Source of the DNA: an uncultured delta proteobacterium
GTDB lineage: Bacteria > Myxococcota > Myxococcia > Myxococcales > Anaeromyxobacteraceae
DNA length: 64,000 nucleotides
Reading direction: 5' to 3'
Assembly (NCBI GenBank): GCA_963766715.1
Contig: CAVYBH010000008.1
Coordinates: forward strand, 160,001-224,000
The number at the start of each line of letters is the position of its first letter. Position 1 is the stretch's first letter. The translations under genes and the position numbers were made by a program. The notes below the pieces were generated by a model, which saw nothing but the letters and a program-made list of their open reading frames with translations, was not told where the DNA came from and did no database searches. Positions 1-8,828 of the stretch are shown one piece after another.

Positions 1-1
1 G

Positions 2-874
2 TTGCCGATGTCGGTGGCGGAGCTCGTCGACGGCAAGCCCGTTCCGTTCCCCGACGCGGGCTGGAACGCATGGAACGGCAAGGGGACGCCAAGGGGCTTC
101 GCGTGCGTGCAGAGCGTCGTGGTGGACGACCAGGACTTCCTCTGGGTGCTCGACCCGGCCAACCCCCGCTTCCAGGGCGTCCTCCCTTCCGGTCCGGTCC
201 TCTACAAGTTCCGGCTGTCCAATCGGGCGCTCGTCGCGACGCTTCGCTTCCCCCCGGAGGCCTGGGTCGCCACGTCGTACCTGAACGACGTTCGCGTGGA
301 CACCCGCCGGGAGGTGGCCTACGTGAGCGACTCCGGCGCCGCTGCCATCGTGGTGATCGATCTGAAGGCGGGGACCTTCCGGCGCCTGCTCGACCACGCG
401 GCCGTCACCCGCGCGTCCCGGAACTCGCTGCGCGTGGCCGGGCACGTCTGGAAGAACACGGTCAACGTGGACGGCATCGCCCTCGATCCGTCCGGCGACC
501 TGCTCTACTTCTCGGCGCTCACCGGCGACGACCTCTACCAGGTCCCGACGAGGGCCCTTCTCGACCGCACGATGTCGCCGCAGGCGCTCGTCCGGGAGGT
601 GGAGCGCGTGGTGCGCATCGGCGCCGCCGACGGGATGCTCTTCGGACGGGACGGGAGGCTCTACTTCGGGGGGCTCGAGACGGGCTCGGTCGAGGTGCTC
701 GTTCCGCCCGACCGGGTGGCGACGGTCGTCCGCGATCCCCGCATCCGCTGGGCCGACAGCTTCGCCCAGGACGCCGTGGGGAACCTCTACTTCACGACCT
801 CCCAGATCCACCTTCCCCCGGCCGAGCGTGGACCGTACGCCATCTACCGCATCGACGCGGCCTCGCTTCGCTGA
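2..874 (+). CDS. Major royal jelly protein / Yellow-like beta-propeller protein (5'-truncated by window edge)
   Basis: Motifs VQSVVVD..LWVLD, YLNDVRVD, AYVSDSG, VDGIAL and WADSF are typical of bacterial MRJP-family proteins. Confidence 0.85.
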   Translation: MPMSVAELVDGKPVPFPDAGWNAWNGKGTPRGFACVQSVVVDDQDFLWVLDPANPRFQGVLPSGPVLYKFRLSNRALVATLRFPPEAWVATSYLNDVRVDTRREVAYVSDSGAAAIVVIDLKAGTFRRLLDHAAVTRASRNSLRVAGHVWKNTVNVDGIALDPSGDLLYFSALTGDDLYQVPTRALLDRTMSPQALVREVERVVRIGAADGMLFGRDGRLYFGGLETGSVEVLVPPDRVATVVRDPRIRWADSFAQDAVGNLYFTTSQIHLPPAERGPYAIYRIDAASLR

Positions 875-892
875 CCCTCCCGGAGACCCGAA

Positions 893-1318
893 TTGAACCT
901 GCCTGCCCTCCTCGCGCTCGTCGCCGTCCTTCCCGCCGCCCCGCCACCGGAGACACCGGAGGCGCTGGCCCGGGGGGAGGACCGGATGCGCGACTTCTGC
1001 CTGGCCTGCCACGTGCTCGAGCCGGGCCCGGGCGTGACCAACCCGCTCCACCCCAGGATCACCCCGGAGAAGTGGGGGACCTACGAGCAGGCCTGGGAGA
1101 ACGTGGGGAACCTGAACCGCATCCGTCCGCAGATGGCCCACGCCTTCCGGGGCAACGACGAGGACCGGCGCGCGCTCGCCCTCTTCCTCTCCCGGATGGG
1201 ACGGGAGAACGTCGTCCCCTGGTGGAAGAAGGCCCTGCCCTACGCCGGGCTCGCACTGGCCGTGGCCGCGGCCGGCGGCTTCTTCTTGAAGTCCCGGCGC
1301 GGCTCGGACCGGGAGTGA
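893..1318 (+). CDS. Small monohaem c-type cytochrome with C-terminal membrane anchor
   Basis: Signal-like N-terminus, CLACH (CxxCH), distal Met in RPQMAH, hydrophobic helix ALPYAGLALAVAAAGGFFL. Confidence 0.7.
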   Translation: MNLPALLALVAVLPAAPPPETPEALARGEDRMRDFCLACHVLEPGPGVTNPLHPRITPEKWGTYEQAWENVGNLNRIRPQMAHAFRGNDEDRRALALFLSRMGRENVVPWWKKALPYAGLALAVAAAGGFFLKSRRGSDRE

Positions 1319-1338
1319 CGACGACGTCCCCGCGGACG

Positions 1339-2247
1339 TCACGACGCCGGATCGACGGGAACGGGAGGACGGACCGCCTCCCCGTCGCCCCTCGCGAGCT
1401 CGGCGAGGCCGGCGATGCGGATGGCCCTGCCCCACCCCACCGCCGCGGCCGCGACCTGGGCCAGCAGGACCCCGCGCCCAGGCGCTCCAGGCCGGCCCGG
1501 CCGGCAGGCGCTGCCGGAGCGCCATCACCACGAGTCCCAGGCCGATGCCGGCGACGGCCCCCACGAGCCCGACGCGGACGGCGCGGACCGGGCTGCGAAT
1601 CACCATCCAGGTCCCGGAGAGCCAGGCCAGGAAGCGCGCTCCGTCGCGCCGGCTGCGCGGCCATCCGGGCGCGCCCGGCGTCCACGGTCAGGTGGGCCAG
1701 GAAGAAGAGGCCGGCCGCGACGGCCAGCGCCCAGCGCCCCTGGACCACGGCCGCGTGCTCGGTGACGGCCTTCTCCGCCGGCCTTCCGCGCCAGGACGAA
1801 GACGCCCGAGGTCGCGAGCCCGGCGGCGCCGAGCGGGAGGACCGCGGCGACGGCCATCCGGAGCATCCGCCCGTAGGCCTCCCCGGCCCCGGCCAGCAGG
1901 GGACGGAATCGCAGCGGCTGCTCCGAGCGGGCCTCGGCCAGCGCGACGCCGGCCATGGCGGGCGCCACGAGCAGCGCCAGCACCAGGCCCCCGAGCAGGC
2001 CGCCCGGGATGGCCTGGGCCGCCGGCTTCTCCTCCAGCCCGTGCAGGAGATCGGGCAGCCAGGAGCTCTCCATGCCCCGGGCCAGGAGGTCGGCGCGGGG
2101 GGCGTGGTCGAGGAGCCCGGAGAGGAACTGCCAGACCGGGAGGGTCGCGAGCGCGGCCGGGACCAGGGTGGCGAGCGCGAAGAGGAAGAGCATCCGCCAG
2201 CGCGTGGCGCGGGCGAGGCCGACGCGAACCGGGGCCGCGGGGATCAC
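1339..2247 (-). CDS. Multi-pass membrane protein coupled to the M1 peptidase (several frameshifts)
   Basis: GTG start overlaps the peptidase TGA (GTGA, 2244-2247); hydrophobic helices continue across frames to a TGA at 1339-1341. Confidence 0.6.
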
Positions 2248-4380
2248 AGGGCCTCCACGAGCGCGAGCAGGAACTGGATCCAGCCGCCCGTGCCGAGCGC
2301 GAGCCGGGCCGCCGGGCCGCCCTTCGCCTCGCGCCGCCGCCCGTCGTCGAGCTTGTCGAGATCGAGGTAGACGGCCCGATCGACGTCGAGCTGCGCCGAG
2401 CGGACCTTCACCGGTCGTATCATCTCCCAGCGCCCCCATCGTCTCCCCGGCGGGCCAGTCGATGCGCTCCTCCGATCCGTCCTCGAAGGTGACGACCACG
2501 GTCTGGGGCACGCCCGTCCCCCGGCGCCGCGCGGTGACCACGCTGCGCCACGGGAAGGGGCCCGGCTTGCCGTCCTCGACCTTGCCGTGCTCCTTCTTCC
2601 AGGCCTCGCGGGCGTCCGCGACGGCCTTGTCCCGCGCCTTCCCGGTCACCTCCGACCGCTTCCCGTCCTTCTCCGCCTGTCCCAGCCCGGGCAGGACCTC
2701 GGTGGCCTTCACCTCGACGATCCGGTCGTCCACCGGGCCGTTCGCGAAGACCTGCGCCTCGAACCAGCGCTCGACGATCCCCCGGTCGGCGCCCGCGTCC
2801 ACGAAGGCCTCGCGCAGGTCGGCCGTGCCCGGGTGGCGGTGAGTGCCAGCGCTGGTAGTAGAGCTTCATGGCCTTCTCGAAGAGCTCCGTTCCCAGGACG
2901 CGCTCGAGGTCGTGGAAGACCAGCGCGGTGCGGGGGTAGACGAGGCCGTAGCTGGCGCCCGACCAGCGCTTCCACGAGTTGCCCGCGATGGGGTCGGCCT
3001 GGTGGCGCGACGGTGCCGGTGGCCCGCTCCAGGTCCCAGATGCCCAGGCCCGGCAGGCGGAACCCGAGCCAGCGCAGCGGCGCCGGCAGCCGGAAGGTGA
3101 CCACCTCGTCGGCGAGCATCCGCGAGTTCCACAGCTCGTTCATGCCCTCGTCGAGGAAGGGCTCCTCGAACTCGTTCGAGCGCGAGCAACCCCATGAAGT
3201 AGCCGTGGCCGAACTCGTGGACCGTCACGTAGCGCGTCACGCCCTCGGCCTGCATCGGGAACTCGTTGCCGCCGACCGTGGTGAAGAAGGTCTCGTACTC
3301 CATCCCTCCGGCCTCCAGGGCGTTGAAGGGCGGGACGAGCACCGTGACCTGCTCGTACGGATAGGGGCCCAGCGTGCGGGAGTAGTAGGAGAGCGCGTCG
3401 GTGGTCGCCTGCAGCGCCTCCCGGGCCGAGCGCTCGAACTCGGGCGGGTACCAGACCTCGACCCGCACCTGGGGGCTCCCGGGGCCGGTCCAGGCGCCGA
3501 CCAGGGGCTCGGCGAACCCGTTCCACGCGGTGAAGGCGACGTCGTGCACGTCGGCCGCGCGGAACCTCCAGGCCACGCCGTCGGCTCCCCTGGCCGGCTT
3601 GCCCACCGGCACGCCGCTCGCCGCGACCCGGTAGCCCTCGGGGACCACCACCTCGAGGTCGTAGGCGCCGAAGTCGGCGTAGAACTCGCTGTGGAAGTGG
3701 AACTCGTGGACGTTCCAGCGCGGCCTCGTCGCGCCCCGCTCCCCGGGCAGCTCGAGCACCCCGATCTTCGGGTACCACTGGCCGGCCAGGTGGAAGGCGT
3801 CGAACCAGCCGGTGCGCGCCGTCACGCGAGGAAGCTGGTCGAAGAAGTCGATGTCGAGGGTGGTCGTGCCGCCCGGCGCGACCGGCTCGGGAAGGTCCAC
3901 GCGGACCACGGTGTGGTCGGTGTCGGGGCCGCCGTCGGGGTGGACGAACGCCCAGGCCGCGGGGCGTCCCCGCTGCGCCACCCGGCGGAGCTCGATCCAG
4001 CCCCACTCCCCCTCCTCCATCTCCACCCCGCTGCGGAAGGCGCCGTAGCGCCTCCCCTCCCGCTGGAACGTCGACCCCTCCGACTCGAAGGCGTTCAGGT
4101 AGAGGTGGAGGTACACGCTGTGGACCGCGACGTCGCTCCGGTTGCGCCAGGTGAGCGTCTCGCTCCCGGTGAGGGTGTGCTTGACCGGATCGAGCACGGC
4201 GCGGATGGCATAGTCGGCGACGCGGTCGGAGAGGGTCGCCTCCTTCCCGGTGCGCGCGCCCCCCCAGGCCCCGGGCGAGCTGGGCACGCGGACCGCCCCG
4301 GCCTCGGCCCCGGCCACCTCGATCTCGACGGCCTGCGTGGACAGGAGGAGGACCGACAGTGCGAGGGTCGAAATGGGCAT
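2244..4380 (-). CDS. M1 family zinc aminopeptidase, secreted (several frameshifts)
   Basis: Signal peptide, YLNAF, QWYPK, GGMEY, HEFGH then FLDEG in the next frame; C-terminus WIQFLLALVEAL-stop. Confidence 0.9.
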
Positions 4381-4441
4381 TCACCCCCAATACCCCGATG
4401 TGGCCTCCCCTTTCCACCCGGGGGCCCCTTAGATCCGCGCC

Positions 4442-5173
4442 ATGCTCACCATCCGACGCGCCGGGGATCGCGGCCACTTCGACCACGGCTGGCTCGACAC
4501 CCGCCACACCTTCTCCTTCGCCGACTACCACGACGATCGGTTCATGGGCTTCTCCGATCTCCGGGTCATCAACGAGGACCGGGTGAAGGGCGGGCAGGGC
4601 TTCGGCACCCACGGCCATCGCGACATGGAGATCCTGTCCTACGTGCTGGAGGGCGAGCTCGGCCACGGCGACTCGATGGGCAACGGCTCGGTGATCCGCC
4701 CGGGCGAGCTGCAGCGGATGAGCGCCGGGATCGGGCGTCACGCACTCCGAGCGGAACCCGTCCCGGGACCTCCCGGTCCACTTCCTCCAGATCTCGGATC
4801 CTCCCGCGCGAGCGCGGCATCCAGCCCGGCTACGAGCAGCGCGCCTTCCCGGAGGCCGAGCGCCGCGGGCGCCTGCGCCGGGTCGCCTCGCCGGACGGGC
4901 GCGACGGGTCCCTCACCATCCACCAGGACGCGTCGGTGTTCGTGGCGCTCCTCGGCCCGGGGGACCGGGTCCGGCACGAGATCCCCCCGGGCCGGGCGGC
5001 CTGGGTCCAGGTCGCCCGGGGTGAGCTGACGGTGAACGGGCGAGCGCCTCCGGGCCGGCGATGGGCTCGCGGCGGTCGACGAGGCGGCGCTCGAGCTGTC
5101 CGGCGCCGGCACCGCCGACGCGGAGGTCCTGGTGTTCGACCTGCGCGGCCAGGTCCGCGACCCGGCGTCCTAG
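4442..5173 (+). CDS. Pirin family protein, YhhW-like (frameshifted)
   Basis: [38 protein letters not shown]; later frames give [15 protein letters not shown] and EVLVFDL. Confidence 0.92.
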
Positions 5174-5571
5174 TGCCTGGGCGGCATCCCGGCCGGGGCG
5201 CAGGCCAGCGCGCCCTGCCCGTCCGGCCCCGTCCGGCAGGTCCCGGCCATGTCCTGGCCGTGGAAGCTCACGCTGCAGGAGGCGCCCTCGGCGAGCCCCT
5301 GGCATGCCTGGAAGGCCTCCGGCGGCGGCCCGCGGTGGTGGGCGGGCATGCAGGCGGCGGCCTGGCCGTCCGGGCCGGTCCGGCAGGTGCCGGTGACGGC
5401 CTGATCGCCCATGGTGAAGGAGCAGGCGGCGCCCTCCTGGATGCCGCTGCAGGCCTGGATGGACTCGGGCGGGGGACCGTGGGGGGGCGGCGGGGGGTCG
5501 TCGGCCAGCGCCGTCAGGCTTCCCAGGACCAGCGCGGCGCCGAGCACCCACTTCGTCGTTCGGTGCGTCAT
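5170..5571 (-). CDS. Secreted protein with two 4-Cys repeats
   Basis: Signal peptide, then two copies of GPPPE..QAC.G..EGA.CS......GTCRTGPDGQ...AC.P. Confidence 0.75.
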   Translation of the reverse strand: MTHRTTKWVLGAALVLGSLTALADDPPPPPHGPPPESIQACSGIQEGAACSFTMGDQAVTGTCRTGPDGQAAACMPAHHRGPPPEAFQACQGLAEGASCSVSFHGQDMAGTCRTGPDGQGALACAPAGMPPRH

Positions 5572-6128
5572 GTCGTTCTCCCGTGGCCGCGGGCGGTGCG
5601 CCCTGCCCGGCCTGCAGGAAGGACCGGCGGCGAGCCTCCGGCGTTAGCGGCGGGGGCGGAGGGCGGCGCCCGGCGGCGGCTCACCCGGGGGTGGGCCGGG
5701 CGGCTCCATCCCGCGCGGCCCGGGGCCGGGGGGCCCATCCCGTGACCCATGCCGGGAAACGGCGGGCGGCGCGCCCGCACGGCGTCGAACCGGGCGGCCT
5801 GCTCCGGCGTGAGCAGCGCCCGGACCTCGGCCTCGGCGCGCTCCTGGATGGCGCGCACGCGCGGGAAGGACTCCTGGATGGCGGCCTCCAGCTCCGGGCG
5901 GTGTCGCTCGAAGATGGCGCGCGCCTTCTCCGCCTGCTCCGGGGAGAGCCCCAGCTCCACGAGCGGCGGGGGAAGCATTCCGCCGCGACCGGGCGGCCCG
6001 GCGGGGCGCGGGGGCGGACGGAGGAAGTGGGCCAGCCCGGCGCCGGTCGCCGCGCCGGCCAGGAAGACGCCGAGGAGGATGAGGGCCGTCCAGAGGTGGA
6101 GGCGGCGGGCGGCGGGGTCAGCGGGCAT
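5568..6128 (-). CDS. Periplasmic heavy-metal-sensor / Spy-CpxP-like helical protein (true stop may be near 5644 if frameshifted)
   Basis: LLGVFLAGAATG helix, ELGLSPEQ and LLTPEQ (LTxxQ-type motifs), Pro-rich tail. Confidence 0.7.
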   Translation of the reverse strand: MPADPAARRLHLWTALILLGVFLAGAATGAGLAHFLRPPPRPAGPPGRGGMLPPPLVELGLSPEQAEKARAIFERHRPELEAAIQESFPRVRAIQERAEAEVRALLTPEQAARFDAVRARRPPFPGMGHGMGPPAPGRAGWSRPAHPRVSRRRAPPSAPAANAGGSPPVLPAGRAGRTARGHGRTT

Positions 6129-6450
6129 CGTTCACTCCCAGTACATGAAGGACGTCGACGCCGTCGGGGATGGCGCCCTGCTCGGCCCAGGCGGTGACGA
6201 CCGCCACCGGGTCGGCGGTGCGCGACTCGGACGCACCGCCCCCGCGGGCCAGCAGCACGGGAACCCAGACCAGGATCGCCGCCGCGGCGGCCAGGGCGAC
6301 CCCGACCCGGCCGCGGGCCACCAGCGCCGAGGCGATCGACTCCGGCCGCGGCTGGCCGGCCCGGGCGAGCACCGACTGCACCATGCGCTCGAAGCGCTCC
6401 GGATCCCCGCCCGGATCGAGCGCAGAGAGATCAATTCGCCGATCGTCCAT
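6118..6450 (-). CDS. Putative single-pass anti-sigma factor
   Basis: 110 aa with one TM helix; overlaps the 3' end of the ECF sigma gene. Confidence 0.6.
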   Translation of the reverse strand: MDDRRIDLSALDPGGDPERFERMVQSVLARAGQPRPESIASALVARGRVGVALAAAAAILVWVPVLLARGGGASESRTADPVAVVTAWAEQGAIPDGVDVLHVLGVNDAR

Positions 6451-7015
6451 CGCTGGCCTCCTTCGGGGCCGGCGCCGCCGCCCCGTCGTCTCCGAGCCAC
6501 TCCCGCATCACCCGGCGCGCCACGAACAGGTGCTGGCGCGACATCACCTCCGAGATCCCGATCGCGGCGGCGATCTCGGCGTGGGTCCAGGACTCGAGGT
6601 CGTGGAGCAGCACCACCTCGCGCTGCACCGGGCCCAGCTGCCCGAGCGCGCCGACGAGGCGCCTCCGGAGCAGCACCTGGGGCGCGTCGGTTCCCGCCCA
6701 CTCGCCCCGCGGGACCTCGTCGAGCAGGCCAAGGCGGGTGCGCCGCTGCTCGGCGTGGTTCTTCACGCGGTTGCGGACCCCCTGGAACAGCCAGCCCGCG
6801 AAGCGCTCCGGCTCCCGGCACTGGTCGAGCCGCTCCAGCGCCGCGACGAGCGACTCCTGCGCCAGGTCCTCGGCGTCTGCCACGTTCCGGGTCAGCGAGA
6901 GCGCGACCGCGTAGGCCGGCCGAAGGTAGCGGCGCACCAGCGCCTCCCGGGCTGCGGCCTCGCCGCGCCTCGCCCGCACCACCAGCGTCCCGTCGCTCTC
7001 GGTCCCGTCCGCCAT
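6431..7015 (-). CDS. ECF RNA polymerase sigma factor
   Basis: DAEDLAQE and FAGWLF..VRN (region 2); QREVVLLHDLESWTHAEIAAAIGIS (region 4). Confidence 0.93.
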   Translation of the reverse strand: MADGTESDGTLVVRARRGEAAAREALVRRYLRPAYAVALSLTRNVADAEDLAQESLVAALERLDQCREPERFAGWLFQGVRNRVKNHAEQRRTRLGLLDEVPRGEWAGTDAPQVLLRRRLVGALGQLGPVQREVVLLHDLESWTHAEIAAAIGISEVMSRQHLFVARRVMREWLGDDGAAAPAPKEASDGRSAN

Positions 7016-7052
7016 GCCTGTCCACCGGTAGACCGGCGGCCAGCCGGGAGCG

Positions 7053-7484
7053 TTAGCACGGGGGGGCCGGAGGGGATACGGCGGCCAGGGCGTCCCGGCC
7101 CAGGGTCGAGACGAGGACCACGGCGGTCTCCACGTCCCATCGGCGGGCCGCGGCCCTCCGGCGCGTCTCGGGGGCGGGCGCAGGCAGGGCCCCCACCTCG
7201 CCCGCGCGGTCGCGCAGGTCCTCGGCGAGCGCATGCAGCACCGCGTCGAGGACCCCTTCGCGGGTCCACTTCTGGAACCGGCGGTGGCACGTCTGCGGTG
7301 GCGGGTAGCGGCGCGGCAGGTCGGCCCACGGCGCGCCGGTGCGAAGCACCCAGAGGATCCCGTTCATCACGTCCCGGGGGTCGCGCCACGGCCGCCCTCC
7401 CCTCAGGCCGGTCCGGACCACCTCCGGCTCCGGGATCAGGTGACGGATCACTTCCCACTGCGCGTTGGTCAGGTCGGCTCCCAT
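7053..7484 (-). mobile_element. Stand-alone IS5-family transposase N-terminal domain (DUF4096-like), no catalytic domain
   Basis: DLTNAQWEVIRHLIP..GGRP..DPRDVMNGILWVLRTGAPWADLPRRYPPPQTCHRRFQKWTREGV; no room for a DDE domain before the sigma gene. Confidence 0.8.
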
Positions 7485-7656
7485 CGTGTCCCCTTGGCCT
7501 CGGCCCTCCCGGCCGGGCGGTTCGGGGAAGAGACCGGCGACGGCCCGAGGGCGTTAGCGCGGGAAGACCCGTTCGGGGCCGGAAATTCCACGGGGTCCGA
7601 GTGCGGCCCGATCGGGGTATAAGGATGCCCTCTTCACCGAAACCGAGAGGAAATCC

Positions 7657-8825
7657 ATGCGCCGCCGCGCTCTTTTCCCGTCCCTCGCCGCCTCCGTCGT
7701 TCGCCGTCCTGCTCGCCCTGGCCGCCTGCTCCAAGGAGAAGGCGCCCGGCCGCGATGCCCCCGCCGGAGATCCCGGTCGTGACGGTGACCGACAAGGACA
7801 CCCCGCTCGACTTCGACCTGGTGGCCCAGCTGCGCGGCTACGAGGACGTGGAGATCCGGGCCCGGGTCGAGGGCTACCTCGAGTCCATCGACTACAAGGA
7901 AGGCTCGACGGTGAAGAAGGGCGCGCGCCTCTTCACCATCGACGACCAGCAGTACATCGCCGCAATGGCCCAGGCCCAGGCCCAGCTGGCCGCCGCCCAG
8001 AACCAGTTCGACAAGGGCGACCTGGACGTGAAGCGCTTCACGCCGCTCGCCGCCGAGCGCGCGGTCAGCCAGGCCGAGCTCGACAACGCCATCTCCGCGC
8101 GCAAGTCGGGCGCGGCGCAGGTGGAGGCCGCCAAGGCCAACGTCGAGAAGGCGCGACTCAACCTCTCGTACACCAAGGTCACCTCGCCCATCGAAGGGGT
8201 CGCCGGAAAGGCCGAGCACAAGGTCGGCGACCTGGTGGGCAAGGGGGAGCCCACGCTCCTCACCACCGTCTCCTCCATCGACCCCATCCGCGCCAGCGTC
8301 GCCATCCCCGAGGCCGACTACCTCCGCTTCACCCGCTCGGTGGAGACGGGCCAGTCGCTCAAGTCGAAGTCCGCGCCGGTCCTGATCCTCTCCGACGGCA
8401 CCACCCATCCCTACCCGGGGAAGGTGCTCTTCGTCGACCGCGCCGTCGATCCCCAGACCGGCACGCTCCGCGTGGACCTGGCCTTCCCGAATCCCGGGAA
8501 GACGCTGCGCCCCGGGCTCTACGGCAAGGTGAAGGCGGAGTCGGAGATCGTGAAGGGCGCCATCCTCGTCCCGCAGCGCGCCGTGCAGGAGCTCCAGGGC
8601 ACCTACACGGTGGTGGTGGTGGGACAGGGAGACAAGATCGAGACCCGCAAGGTCACGCCCGGCCAGAAGGTCGGCAGCCAGTGGATCATCCAGGACGGGC
8701 TGAAGCCTGGCGATCGCGTGGTGGTGGAGGGCTTCCAGCGGCTGCGCGACGGCATGACGATCGTCCCGAAGCCGATCGCCGCACCCGCGCCGGCGGCGAG
8801 TCCCGCGCCGGCCGGGGGGAAGTGA
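7657..8825 (+). CDS. RND efflux periplasmic adaptor (MFP) lipoprotein (N-terminal frameshifts)
   Basis: Lipobox LAAC, VEIRARVEGYL, ARLNLSYTKVTSPIEG, VDPQTGT, GLKPGDRVVVEG. Confidence 0.93.
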
Positions 8826-8828
8826 GCC

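Noticed and set aside
7016..7656. Complete IS5 insertion sequence
   Set aside because: No DDE domain, terminal inverted repeats or target duplication seen
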